Program-made: the position numbers and the translations under genes
In this document: in pieces, positions 19,593 through 30,516 of the stretch
How the letters are laid out: every line of letters starts with the position of its first letter
Position numbering within the stretch: the stretch's first letter is position 1
IMG/VR virus record: IMGVR_UViG_3300045977_000235
Location: 39,466 to 103,465 of that record
Strand: one strand, 5' to 3'
DNA from: a virus
Length of the DNA: 64,000 nt
Notes under the pieces: model-generated
What the model was told of the DNA's origin: nothing
What the model saw: only the letters and a program-made list of their open reading frames with translations
The model's database searches: none

Positions 19593-20270
19593 TTAATATC
19601 GTACAAGGATATTAGGTTTACCTACCTTGTATAACCATTCTTCTCCTTGTGCATTGTGTGCATCCCTATATTGTGGGAATACATATTTACCTACATTCTC
19701 TGAATAAGATTCAAGATTGAATCCTTCTGTGTTACGAATTACATATCCTTCTAAAGAGTTCTCATGTGTTGAATATGCAGACTTCTTCATTTTCATATCT
19801 ACCGCAGCTTGTATAGCCTTTACATCATACATGCCCGTGTAAATAACAGGTACGTGTATAAGATCTAGCTTCTTGATTATCTTCATTGTGTCATAATAAG
19901 ATAAGCAATAATGCCCTATCCAAATTGAATGAACTAAAAAATAATCAGGTAACAAATCGTACTCTATAACATGTTGCATGTACATGTTCTCTCCTACGAT
20001 TCGATACCTTGGATCTAGCTTGTAACAAAGAAGTGATTGTAATTGTGCTATGTAATGTGTACTACTGTGCTTCATAGGAGTTAAGCTACGTGTGTGCCAA
20101 TAATTTTGTGCCACAGTTACACATCCTCCGTCAACCTTTTCTGTAACTACTACTTCCTTTTGATTAAATACACTATCGGACTTTAATTGTCTATCACCTT
20201 TTGATATGTTAGACCAAGGGAGATGATAGACTCTTGGATACTTTATTTTCTCTGTCGTTTCTTCTGTCAT
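19593..20270 (-). CDS. RNA ligase (Rnl2-like nucleotidyltransferase)
   Basis: KYPR.YHLPWS; VVVTEKVDG (KxDG motif I); GENMY; EGYVIR; KYV. Confidence 0.8.
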   Translation of the reverse strand: MTEETTEKIKYPRVYHLPWSNISKGDRQLKSDSVFNQKEVVVTEKVDGGCVTVAQNYWHTRSLTPMKHSSTHYIAQLQSLLCYKLDPRYRIVGENMYMQHVIEYDLLPDYFLVHSIWIGHYCLSYYDTMKIIKKLDLIHVPVIYTGMYDVKAIQAAVDMKMKKSAYSTHENSLEGYVIRNTEGFNLESYSENVGKYVFPQYRDAHNAQGEEWLYKVGKPNILVRY

Positions 20271-21037
20271 GTGCGTTCCTTTATTAAATAATTTAATCTT
20301 TTTATACAAATATTATAATACTGTTTTTCTTTTTCTATTCCTATAAATTGCCGATTAAGATTTTGTGCAGCAACTAATGTTGAACCACTACCTGCACAGT
20401 TATCAAGAACAATGTCACCCTCATTTGTATAGGTCTTTATAAGATACTCACAGAGAGCTATAGGTTTTTGTGTAGGTACATAACCTCCTTCACTTTCAGC
20501 AGTCCTAAAATATTGTACACTTCTTGGGAAACGTAAACCTGATTCGTTTTTTAATTCTACTGGTTTACGTTCTCCAGCACCTTTTGATAAGGTTTCGTTG
20601 TTCTTACCATTATCTATCCCATAATTATATGGATTACCTTTAGTCTTTTGTGGAAAATATCTCATCCATTGTTTTGTATTTTGGGCTGCTGGATATTTAG
20701 AGAACACACTGATTATCTCATGTGTTTTCAATGGTTGAAATCTTGCATGAACATAATTACTTCCTTTTGATTTTTCCCATATCCAATCATACTTAAACAA
20801 ACGAAGATTAGAAAGTCGTAAATAACTACTAAAAGGTTCACTACCAAAAAGAAGAATAGCACAATCATCTTTAATGATCCTCTCGTAGTGTTCCCATAAC
20901 TTATCAAATGGTATAAGAACATCCCATTTGCAAGCGGTTGTTCCATAAGGTAAATCACAGAGTATCATATCTATTGATTGATCTGGTATATCTCCCATTA
21001 ATTCTAAACAATCACCTAACCATATTTCTTTCTTCAT
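20267..21037 (-). CDS. DNA N6-adenine/N4-cytosine methyltransferase (beta class)
   Basis: GDCLE...ILCDLPYGTT, PTQKP, VLDNCAGSGST, FIGIE. Confidence 0.9.
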   Translation of the reverse strand: MKKEIWLGDCLELMGDIPDQSIDMILCDLPYGTTACKWDVLIPFDKLWEHYERIIKDDCAILLFGSEPFSSYLRLSNLRLFKYDWIWEKSKGSNYVHARFQPLKTHEIISVFSKYPAAQNTKQWMRYFPQKTKGNPYNYGIDNGKNNETLSKGAGERKPVELKNESGLRFPRSVQYFRTAESEGGYVPTQKPIALCEYLIKTYTNEGDIVLDNCAGSGSTLVAAQNLNRQFIGIEKEKQYYNICIKRLNYLIKERT

Positions 21038-21063
21038 ATTTTCCTTTTATTAAATTATTTAAT

Positions 21064-21083
21064 GAGGGGTATTTCTACCCCTC
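21064..21083. terminator. Hairpin abutting a palindrome copy
   Basis: GAGGGGTA-tttc-TACCCCTC directly beside the 21049-21063 palindrome. Confidence 0.5.
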
Positions 21084-21089
21084 TAGTGT

Positions 21090-21521
21090 TTATGCAGTAA
21101 ACATTGTCCTTTCAATCTTCTTGAGTTTCCTTTGCATCTCCTTGAGAAACTTTAGTACATCATTAAACCCATAGTCATCATTCAACATGATGTGATAGTA
21201 TGCAACACCATCATTAAACAAGTATCCTGCATGTTGTTCTAGTTCATCATCTAACCATTCAGTTAGTTCATTATAGAATGGTACAAAAGGATACGTTGTT
21301 TCCTTTTCATGCTTGTAGATAGTTGATGCTGCAAGGTACAAAGCACCAGAGATACACCAGCTACATGCATCCTTGTCTAATGAAACAACAGGTTTTCCTT
21401 CTCTATTCCGTGCTTCTGTTTTTTGGCAGAAGGTATTAGGGTTCTTATAAAGGTCTAATACAAAGGCAATAACTTTTTGATACGCTTGTGTCTGCTCAAG
21501 TGTAATGGTATTCCGAATCAT
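21090..21521 (-). CDS. Hypothetical protein
   Basis: F.Q..EAR...G..V.....A..WC..GAL pattern found in phage proteins. Confidence 0.55.
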   Translation of the reverse strand: MIRNTITLEQTQAYQKVIAFVLDLYKNPNTFCQKTEARNREGKPVVSLDKDACSWCISGALYLAASTIYKHEKETTYPFVPFYNELTEWLDDELEQHAGYLFNDGVAYYHIMLNDDYGFNDVLKFLKEMQRKLKKIERTMFTA

Positions 21522-21524
21522 TAT

Positions 21525-21998
21525 TTATTCTCCAGTAAGACAATTAATATTATTTATTTTATACCTAGAAACATTATAATGGAATGCTTTGTTCTTTTCT
21601 ATTCCTCCTGTAGTGTGTACTAATAATCGACACCATGATTCCTTCGTACTATGTACTATCAATGGGCTTTCTTCTTTATACACTGGCTCTGTGTCTGGAC
21701 ACATAAGCATTGCTGCTAATGTGTTATCTGGATCTAATATGTTCACACGTAAACATTGTCCTGCACCAACAAGTATCTTTGTTCCATAATAAAATGTATT
21801 TGTTTTCTGTGAATGTCTGATGTTTGCAAAAAAATATCTCTTTGCACAATCTGTTGTTCTACATGTTGCTACAGGTACTACATATGCGGATTCTCCATCA
21901 GAGGTAGGTATCTTTTCTACAAGGCATTCACCTTGTACTACACACGTCCATATAAGAGTCACAACAAAAACAGTCATCATCACCAGGAATTTTATCAT
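21525..21998 (-). CDS. Hypothetical exported Cys-containing protein
   Basis: MIKFLVMMTVFVVTLIWTCVVQG signal peptide after AAGGTGA RBS. Confidence 0.5.
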   Translation of the reverse strand: MIKFLVMMTVFVVTLIWTCVVQGECLVEKIPTSDGESAYVVPVATCRTTDCAKRYFFANIRHSQKTNTFYYGTKILVGAGQCLRVNILDPDNTLAAMLMCPDTEPVYKEESPLIVHSTKESWCRLLVHTTGGIEKNKAFHYNVSRYKINNINCLTGE

Positions 21999-22581
21999 GT
22001 CACCTTTCTCCATTAAATTATTTAATTTTTTAAAACACATACTATCACTTTACCTTTTTCTTCCAACGAGCTAGTTTCTGTTTAGATCCTTCATGCCCTG
22101 CATCTTTATTTAACAGTCGTAACATCTTTAATTGTGCTTCTCGTAATGTAAAATACGTCCATTCTTTTTGTTCTTGTGCATTAATAATAATTACTACATA
22201 TATTTGTGCGTTCTCTATCCAATCATGTTCCCTTTGACTATAGAGTGCTACATTCTTTTCTCTTTTTAATTGTTTAAATTCATAGCCTTCACTAGAAAGT
22301 TCAATGGGAAGGGTTTGCATTTTTACTCCATTAAATTATTTAATCATTCGATTTGAGATGCACTAACTTATTATCTTTTATTCCTATGATTTCTTCCTTT
22401 GATAATGTATCAAATTCCTTTTTAATAATTTGGCCGACATATTCTAATATCAATGTATTGAATTTCTCTAAAGATATTCCCTTCTGTGCATATGACAACA
22501 AGATAGCACGCACATATTCTTTAAGCATACACATCCCCTCTATTAATTATATCCCATTGTATCTATTGTTGCAACATTATT

Positions 22582-23034
22582 TTAAATATTCTCTATTTTC
22601 AATTCAAGGAAATCTTGAAAATATCTTGTATTCTTTTTTGTTTGTTGATTGTATATCATATTACGATCTCTAAATTGTACACCTGTAAGAACATTACCTT
22701 CCCAATTTAATAATTGAGACATCCATATATAAGCTACTTTTTGTAAATCAAATACAAAAAAAGCCATAATATCAACAGTAGAAAATCGTAGTGTTTTATT
22801 ATTCTTACGACCATTTACTAAACCAAAACTATATACATCTTTCCTTGTTCCATATGTCACCATACGTAACGTACTTTTAACTTGAACTTTATAAATTTTA
22901 GATTGATGATCAATTAAAATATCATAAGGTAATCCTTGATCAGATAAAAATGCATTGTAACCTTTATAAATTAAATCATAACAAACAAAATGTTCTGCTG
23001 CTTTTCCTAATTGAAGTTCTGTAGAAAGTGCCAA
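22582..23034 (-). CDS. PD-(D/E)XK endonuclease (homing/restriction-like)
   Basis: G.AAE..V...L...GY......PYDILID......VQVKS. Confidence 0.75.
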   Translation of the reverse strand: MALSTELQLGKAAEHFVCYDLIYKGYNAFLSDQGLPYDILIDHQSKIYKVQVKSTLRMVTYGTRKDVYSFGLVNGRKNNKTLRFSTVDIMAFFVFDLQKVAYIWMSQLLNWEGNVLTGVQFRDRNMIYNQQTKKNTRYFQDFLELKIENI

Positions 23035-23043
23035 TAGACCTCC

Positions 23044-23757
23044 TTATATGTTTTCTATATGATAATATACTTCATGGCTTGGTTTATGAGTATGGTTAGA
23101 ATAACTTTTGCTTATAGTAGTTAAATTATTAAACGGTAGCCATGTAGCACCAGACTTTTCACACACTATAATTTGTCCCTTTCTTCTACTAATCCATAAT
23201 GCAAGGTGTTCATAATCTATTTTACTATATCTATATTCTGTGCTTATGTTATGTTGATACGGTGGATCTATCATATATGTAGCATACTCTGATGGTATAG
23301 GCATACTTTCATATGACCAATTACTTATCTTCCAATGGCGTATGTACTGTAACTGTGATGCTATTCTGTGTCGTGTTCGTTCATCCCAAAAGTAACCATT
23401 CATATGTTCTCTTGCCCATCGTGATAGTGTCTTGCGTGGTCTACCAGTACCTTTAGTGAGCCAGAATCGTATCAATAGTTGTGCTTCATGGGAGAGATAG
23501 GATACTTCATCTATATGTACCTTCACATCAGGTAGTGAAAGTATCTCTTGTTCTGATACATGGATCAAATAGTCCCATAGTGTAGCTACATTTTCATCTC
23601 TATCATTAAGGATTATTTGTTTGTGTGGATACCGTAAACTGTATCCTGCGCTGCCACTAAACGGCTCTACAATTATGTCATATTTGGGAGTCGGGTAGTA
23701 CCTTGCTAATCTGTACTTACTGCCAAAAAAAGAGAAGAATGCTCGTAGTGTATGCAT
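23044..23757 (-). CDS. Dam-like (alpha class) DNA adenine methyltransferase
   Basis: FFGSKYRLA, VEPFSGSA (motif I), ILND, IDPPY (motif IV). Confidence 0.8.
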   Translation of the reverse strand: MHTLRAFFSFFGSKYRLARYYPTPKYDIIVEPFSGSAGYSLRYPHKQIILNDRDENVATLWDYLIHVSEQEILSLPDVKVHIDEVSYLSHEAQLLIRFWLTKGTGRPRKTLSRWAREHMNGYFWDERTRHRIASQLQYIRHWKISNWSYESMPIPSEYATYMIDPPYQHNISTEYRYSKIDYEHLALWISRRKGQIIVCEKSGATWLPFNNLTTISKSYSNHTHKPSHEVYYHIENI

Positions 23758-24212
23758 TAGTCTGTCCATTCTTGTATTTTTTGTTGTATTTCTTTGCGCC
23801 CGAAAGGTGATTGACAACGTTGTAAATATTCTTGATACGTATTAAAACCTAATGCTTCTGCTAATTCTTGCATCACAACGTATGCTTCATTAACATCTCT
23901 TGGCATATAATAGAAGTTCTTTTCTATATCACCCTCATTTCTCAACCTGAGAATATGCATAGTAGGTCACAATACACCTTTTGTTGTTGCCCATATAGAA
24001 GGATCTAATGTATAGCGATGATGTTTAATATAATGTTTTTCTTCATAAGACAACATAACTAATCTCCTAGTGATTAAATTATTTAATCCAGCTTGTCTTT
24101 ATGATTTTCTTTATACGATGCTGCAAAATTTGCCCCGACAAATAGCCCTATCAAAAACCCGACAAACAACACAGCAAAAAACATAAACCATACACCTACC
24201 ATGCTATCCATA

Positions 24213-24647
24213 TTATTCCTTTCGTTGAAACAACCATTGATATAAACCGAATATTCCTAAACCAGTACCTAGTAGCAGCATTGTTCCTGGTTCTGGTACT
24301 GGTGAGATAGGAGGAACATCATCTGGTTTTTCTTTCTTATCTTTTTTCTCTTTCTTATCATCACTGATATTGTCAAGTGGTTTAGCTATTGCATAGCTTG
24401 GTCCAAATTGTACTTTATTCAATCGTAACATACCACCTATACCACCTGCTAATGGTTTTGCAGCAGCAGGTGATTCAGGAATATCACGTATAGATGTATT
24501 AGAAAACAGTAGAAAAAGTATTCCGGCCATAGTCAACGCGACAAACAGAACAAGCATAAAAATAGTCACCCATATATTTTTCTTTTTTCTTGGTGTATCA
24601 TTGTTATTCTTATCGTCATCATCCATATAAAAATTTGTACCTATCAT
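24213..24647 (-). CDS. PEP-CTERM sorting-domain protein with N-terminal transmembrane segment
   Basis: C-terminus VPEPGTMLLLGTGLGIFGLYQWLFQRKE = VPEP + hydrophobic helix + basic tail; AGGAGA RBS. Confidence 0.85.
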   Translation of the reverse strand: MIGTNFYMDDDDKNNNDTPRKKKNIWVTIFMLVLFVALTMAGILFLLFSNTSIRDIPESPAAAKPLAGGIGGMLRLNKVQFGPSYAIAKPLDNISDDKKEKKDKKEKPDDVPPISPVPEPGTMLLLGTGLGIFGLYQWLFQRKE

Positions 24648-24661
24648 TTGTATATCTCCTT

Positions 24662-25057
24662 TTAATTACCCACAGGATAAAACAAACATCGAAAACAATG
24701 AGAACTTATTTCTCCATGTCCACACAACATAGGTGATGGTTCACTTTTTTTCAAAAACCAATCTTCATGTAGCCGATACGATGAAAATTGATAGCAATAG
24801 TATGCATGAGTATCTTCACTTGGGAATACAGCAGAAGATTGTAGTTCAAGTACCTTATCATTTATACGTACTCTCCAGAATCTTCCATTGTTCTCTAATA
24901 CTTGAACATCTACACGAATACAATCATTCTTTCCACAACATTGTAATTGATCATCGGCAAAATAATCTTGCAACCATTGCAGGTCATTGTCATCATGTGC
25001 CCATGTCACAGTAATTAATAACACAATCATTAAATAATTTAATAAGATTCGTTTCAT
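24662..25057 (-). CDS. Exported Cys-rich hypothetical protein
   Basis: Signal peptide; CCG..DC...C..CLF. Confidence 0.55.
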   Translation of the reverse strand: MKRILLNYLMIVLLITVTWAHDDNDLQWLQDYFADDQLQCCGKNDCIRVDVQVLENNGRFWRVRINDKVLELQSSAVFPSEDTHAYYCYQFSSYRLHEDWFLKKSEPSPMLCGHGEISSHCFRCLFYPVGN

Positions 25058-25221
25058 ACATTCATCTCATAGTCTAAAAGTTTATCATCTAAATGAAGGA
25101 TAACGTAACAGGTTATCGCTACACCTACATACAATCCTATAAAAAACGCTATCCCTACTACCACTACCGTACCCATATTTTGGCCTCATGACACCCATAG
25201 ATGTTATTGCTATGTCTGTGT

Positions 25222-25707
25222 TCACCAATATTGTAATGCATCCTTCGGTGGAGGAAACAATATGTATCCTGTTGTTCGTTCTACATATTCAGCTATAGCT
25301 TTTTTAATATGATGTCGTGATGATTCTTTTGTGGTCGGGCAAAAAATACGGAGAAAATATTCTTTATAGAGTTTTTCTTTATCTCCTTTGTTTTTAAAGA
25401 AAGCATTCATTGCATCGTGTCCTGTCAATTTACGTATCCAATATTTCTTTTTGTATACTAATATCACTCCACGAAAATGTAATCCTTTCTCTATAAAATA
25501 TGGATCTTTTGCACACCAACCTGCAATACATCCTTTGTCATTATGTGGATTATACCACATACCGAAGTGAAGTTTATCATCAGGAATTTGATCATATACC
25601 CTTACAAGATTCAACCATTTTTCAATATCAGGCATATGATTAAACATAGGGTTTCCTTTATAACTTGGATAGACTTCTACCATACCATCTCTATACACAA
25701 TAATCAC
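25222..25707 (-). CDS. Hypothetical protein
   Basis: GCIAGW motif; packed ORF. Confidence 0.5.
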   Translation of the reverse strand: MIIVYRDGMVEVYPSYKGNPMFNHMPDIEKWLNLVRVYDQIPDDKLHFGMWYNPHNDKGCIAGWCAKDPYFIEKGLHFRGVILVYKKKYWIRKLTGHDAMNAFFKNKGDKEKLYKEYFLRIFCPTTKESSRHHIKKAIAEYVERTTGYILFPPPKDALQYW

Positions 25708-26220
25708 AGTATATTTTCTGCAAGAACTACCTGCTCATTTTCCATAAAAGAAACTACGTACCCATGTCCTTCTTCTTTATTTAATGAAACAGCATTATAG
25801 GTACGTAGTTTATCCCCTGCATACACATCTTGTATTTTTAAAAAGAGTCTATTTTTATAATAAAAATAATCTCCCCGTTTTAAATCTTTCATTGTCATAT
25901 ATTATCCTTTATCTATAACAAGATCCAAGGGGTAACTATCATCTTCTAATAGTTCCCCTTCATATTCAAGTTCATCTACAAGAACATTTAACAAATGTCG
26001 GAGTTCTTCTATGATACTTAGGATTCGTTCTTTCTTATTCATTGTTACTCCTTTAAAGTAAATTCTATTTGTATCTTATCACGTTCATCATCATATTGTA
26101 TATGCATACCATCAATGTGTTTGCCAAACCATTTTTCTAAATAGCGTTGAAGTATATCAGTATATGAAACAGTCGTACACAGGGTATTGTATCTATCATA
26201 GTCAGTCATTGATATATGTC

Positions 26221-26484
26221 CTAATAGTAAATAGGGAACTGTCTTTCTATTTTATCCAGTTCATTCAATCGTATAAATTCTTCATTTAAGCATTGTTGTT
26301 TCTGTTGCCATTGTTCCCCATTAATTTCTTCAGATTCAAAGTACAGCATTGTACCATTCATGAAAGATAGTACAGTGCCAGCATCAAACTTTGCTGGTTT
26401 ACCTCCCCAACACGTATAGAATCCTACATAGGGAACTTCTTCTACCATATCTAAATAGTCTGTAAAACTAATTCTTTTCATCAC
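26221..26484 (-). CDS. Hypothetical protein, paralog family D
   Basis: I...Y.D.....P..G.Y.C..G.PAK..A..V..FMNG shared with 29638-29883. Confidence 0.6.
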   Translation of the reverse strand: MMKRISFTDYLDMVEEVPYVGFYTCWGGKPAKFDAGTVLSFMNGTMLYFESEEINGEQWQQKQQCLNEEFIRLNELDKIERQFPIYY

Positions 26485-26848
26485 TATCCCTTATCCATAA
26501 AAACCATTCAACAAACGAGTTAAAATGTTTCACAAATGGATGATAGTGAAACACATTCTCCTTTGAACCTATCACCCACATTTTTTTACTGAGGATTAAC
26601 GCTATCCCAAACTCTACGTGTCTACCACCTTTCGTATATTGTAATGGAGGTTCACTAAAGAACAACAATGCGTCAGCTTTTTGTATATCTTCTATATCTT
26701 CAAGACACGCTAGCTGTTCTCCGACACTATGATGTGCATGTATCCATCGTGAAGTAATCTCAATCTCTGGAATATACAGCTTGAGAAAATATTTAATAGC
26801 TCGCATTGTTTCTGCATGATCGAATCGTGCTGCTAAATACAATCGCAT
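26468..26848 (-). CDS. Nucleoside 2-deoxyribosyltransferase-like protein
   Basis: LYLAA.F ... D.EDI..AD.LL ... GGRHVEFGIA. Confidence 0.7.
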   Translation of the reverse strand: MRLYLAARFDHAETMRAIKYFLKLYIPEIEITSRWIHAHHSVGEQLACLEDIEDIQKADALLFFSEPPLQYTKGGRHVEFGIALILSKKMWVIGSKENVFHYHPFVKHFNSFVEWFLWIRDSDEKN

Positions 26849-27214
26849 ATGATTCTCCTAAGAGTGTCTACATAGTAGACACTCTCTTTAATTATTTAAT
26901 ATAATGCACTATACGTTATCTTTTGCCCTTGCTTCTTTTTCAGCATTAGCCTTTAAGTGTGCTGTGATATTGTTCCATTGTCCAAGAAGGTATCGTGTTT
27001 CTCTTGATGATCGTAAAGCAAGGGCATGAAAATTAGAATGAAGTGGGAACCTCTTATATTGTTTCATTCTCTTGAGACATTTTTCTAATTCATAAACGAC
27101 TTGATCTGTTATGGTCATTTTTTCTCCAGTTCAATAACACAACTATTAAATTATATAATCCTAAAAGAAACCCTACTGTCATTGCAACTAAAAGGATAGC
27201 TAGTATTATGTCCG

Positions 27215-27559
27215 TCAACATTCCCTATTCTCCCAAGGAAAATACATACCTTTTTGATCATATTTACTTGTTGATTGTACCTTGATTGCCTTATATGGCG
27301 GTAAATTCCAGGCTATATACACAAGACTTCGTAGTATCTTACTTTTCTGTATAGGTAATGCTACACTCTCATACATCTTTAATGCATAGTATGCTCGTTG
27401 TTTTGCTATGTTCCTCCCTATAGCTTTTTGACATTGATCCTTTGGTGAACAAACTGCATATCCTAATGCAAGGAGTTCACGATCATCATTATATAATGCA
27501 CATTCGGTTACTAATGGTTTATCATATTCATTTCGATAATACCTGTAGGCTTCTTTCAT
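27215..27559 (-). CDS. Hypothetical phage protein
   Basis: G.A.CSPKDQ..K.IGR.IA..RA motif common in phage proteins. Confidence 0.6.
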   Translation of the reverse strand: MKEAYRYYRNEYDKPLVTECALYNDDRELLALGYAVCSPKDQCQKAIGRNIAKQRAYYALKMYESVALPIQKSKILRSLVYIAWNLPPYKAIKVQSTSKYDQKGMYFPWENREC

Positions 27560-27582
27560 ATGATACCCTTGTATTAAATTAT

Positions 27583-27810
27583 TTAATACCACTCTAAATT
27601 GTCTGCACAATTATTTGTTATGTTCCCATCAATATGACGTACTTTAGATTTATTATCAGGATTAGGTATAAATGTTTGTGCAACTAATTCATGCACATAA
27701 TGTTTTGTTCCTTTATTATTTTTATAAAGGATTACATACAAATAACCTGTTTTATCTTTATATTGTTTTACAAATTCTTCTTCTTTTTTCTTCGTTTTAA
27801 ACTTTGACAT
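27583..27810 (-). CDS. Minimal/truncated HNH homing-endonuclease domain
   Basis: YVHELVAQTFIPNPDNK..V.HIDGN..NN...NLEW. Confidence 0.75.
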   Translation of the reverse strand: MSKFKTKKKEEEFVKQYKDKTGYLYVILYKNNKGTKHYVHELVAQTFIPNPDNKSKVRHIDGNITNNCADNLEWY

Positions 27811-28513
27811 ATGCTCTCCTTAAAGTCCTAAAACCATTTGTGCATACGCTTGTGCAGCTTCTTCTGCATCTTCTCTTGTTTCATATGGACCATACACATG
27901 CATACCTGCTTCATCCCAAAAGTACCAACATCCCCCTTTATGATAGTCACCTGTTATTTCATCTACCCAACCTTCAGAAATATACTGTACCATATTACCC
28001 CCTATAGATATTGGCCTACGTTACCATCAGTAGTTTCTGTTTGTTCTTCTCCTGGTTCTGGATCAAATTTAAAATCACCTGAATTATAGAGTTCTCTATA
28101 ATGTGGTTTCATTTCAATAGTCAAATGATTTTCAGGGAACTGATGTGCCCATCCAAGTACGGCTGTATAGATAGCAGCTTCAACTAAATTTTCATCTGTC
28201 AACCACGTCTCTGTATTCGGTATTAATGCAATCAATGCTTTTTTAAATTGTTCTTTTGTCATATTAGTATACCTTTACTATTAAACCTAAAGGAGTCCAT
28301 ATAGACCATTTTGATTCACAATACATACATTCCACTATTAATTCTGCCCACATATTATTTTTATGATACGTTAATCCTACTGTTGAACACATAGGACATC
28401 TGCCTACTTGAAAACACATTGCCCATACGATACCGTGACTTTGCTTCCTTCCTGTTGTACCATAGTAGGTAACTATGACATCATATAATGTTTCTGCTTC
28501 ATGGCATTGTGCA

Positions 28514-29077
28514 TTAAAAACTAGATGTTGAATACAATTTATTACCTTTCTTATCATTCATCTTTTTTTCTACAAATTGTTCCCATAGTATGTCCTCATA
28601 TTTATTTAATATTTTTATCAACATGTTATATGTGTACTTCTGGATACCAGGAGCAACACTTTCCCTATTCCCCCCTATATTAAGTATATCATACTTCCCG
28701 AATAAAAGCCACTCTATTAATGAGTTTTTTGCAAGATTATATTCATCTTGTTTATATGTCATACCAAAAACAAATAATGGTTTATTATACTGCCCTGCAA
28801 GTTTCAACATTAATGCTGTACCAGGACTATTTAAAACTTTTGCAATGACCAATGTAGCATCACTTATTTCTATGTTTGCTTGTGTGCGTCTTTTATAAGA
28901 GTAAGTCTTATCTATCAATCCTAATCGTTTCTGTAAACGTACATCCTTGTACCCATTTTCATTTAAGTATCCACTACATGCATACCCACCTGTATTAAGT
29001 CCTATATCATGGGCTGCACATAATGCTCCAAGGTCACAGCCTGTCTGACCTCCACTTATAACTTTCACGTACTTCAT
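28514..29077 (-). CDS. SLOG-superfamily protein (putative molybdenum-carrier/YpsA-like)
   Basis: KVISGGQTG.D.GAL; Y..RT..N...SDATL; LNIGGNRES..PGI. Confidence 0.75.
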   Translation of the reverse strand: MKYVKVISGGQTGCDLGALCAAHDIGLNTGGYACSGYLNENGYKDVRLQKRLGLIDKTYSYKRRTQANIEISDATLVIAKVLNSPGTALMLKLAGQYNKPLFVFGMTYKQDEYNLAKNSLIEWLLFGKYDILNIGGNRESVAPGIQKYTYNMLIKILNKYEDILWEQFVEKKMNDKKGNKLYSTSSF

Positions 29078-29637
29078 TCTCTAATTCATGTTGTTGTTGA
29101 TAATACACCCACCATTGTTCATAGTCAAAGATGTCATCTTCATCACCATCTTGCATTTCATGGGCAAAGAAATCAGGTTCATAACTATTCTTCATCATGA
29201 ATTGTTCAAAACTTTCATCTCTGTTCATTTCATTATCGCCTTTACATACATGTCCACAACGTAACCATTAATATCATCGGCCAACATTTGTGCATCATAC
29301 CTATCATGAAACCCCTTCACTGGCATTTTTGCTTTTCCTTTTCCTTCGAATGTACTAAATACCCAAAAACTTGGAACCCAATTTTCTTTGACTTGTTTAT
29401 TGTGTGCTGTCTTTGCAGGTTTCTTTGCCATAGTTACCTTTCATTTATTTATTTAATATGCTTACATACATATACTCAGTTATATCAGGTTTAAGAAAAC
29501 CTATTCCTACTAATTGTTCTTGTACATCAAAGTTAAAGGTAATATATCCACACGTCACAAAATATGTATCAGGATTACATTCACACACATGATCAATTTT
29601 CATTTGATCAAGTGCATGTATTATATCAGTTAGGTTC

Positions 29638-29883
29638 TTACTTATATCCATTTGATTCCTTGTCTAAAAATTCTATAAGTTCTTCTACTTGTCTCTGCAT
29701 TAATTCATTCCATTCTTTACCGCCGATTTCATCAGGAGTACAAAGGTATATATCCCCATTCATAAACCCGACAATAGATGATGCATTGTTTTTTGCTGGT
29801 ACTCCTTCTGCACAATAATAATAACCCATATCAGGGTTATGGTCGATAAGATCTTGGTACTGTTGGTATGTAATATGAGTCAT
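29638..29883 (-). CDS. Hypothetical protein, paralog family D
   Basis: Similarity to 26221-26484. Confidence 0.6.
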   Translation of the reverse strand: MTHITYQQYQDLIDHNPDMGYYYCAEGVPAKNNASSIVGFMNGDIYLCTPDEIGGKEWNELMQRQVEELIEFLDKESNGYK

Positions 29884-30516
29884 TGAGTTTTACTTTCTCT
29901 TTATATTCTAATACTGCTTCACTACTTTTCCCACAAAAAGGACAAAAGATGTACGTAGGAAACCAGTCAGCTATATGAAACAATTTAATTGTTACCTGTC
30001 CACATCCACACAGGTATCGTATGCTTGTCCTATACATTATGTTACTCTGTCTTTTGTAGCAAACATAGCATCATAACATTCTTTACAAGAATACGATAGA
30101 ATATCTCTCCGAATATACATTTCACTTTTTACTACATTGTGGCACAAATCACAGGTATATATTTTTTCTAATGAATATGGATCAAAATAGAATGGTTGAT
30201 ACAAACATTCATGTAACCATTTAAAGGCACTATTTTCCATTATACTTTCTCCAACCTTATATGATTAAATAGTTCCCATGCGGTATATAATTTTTCTCCA
30301 TGAAATCATATACCGCATCTTTACTGAGATTGTAGACTATGACTCCTTTTTTAAATGCCTCTGTTCTTTCATATGATAACATTGTGCGTGTTTCAATATA
30401 TGGTACATAGACAATTTTATGTTCTTCATAGAAAGAAAAATTATATCGACGTTTATAGATGTTGTAAATCAATATATCTAATTCATCTTTATCCATTGTC
30501 CAGACCACAGTTTGTT

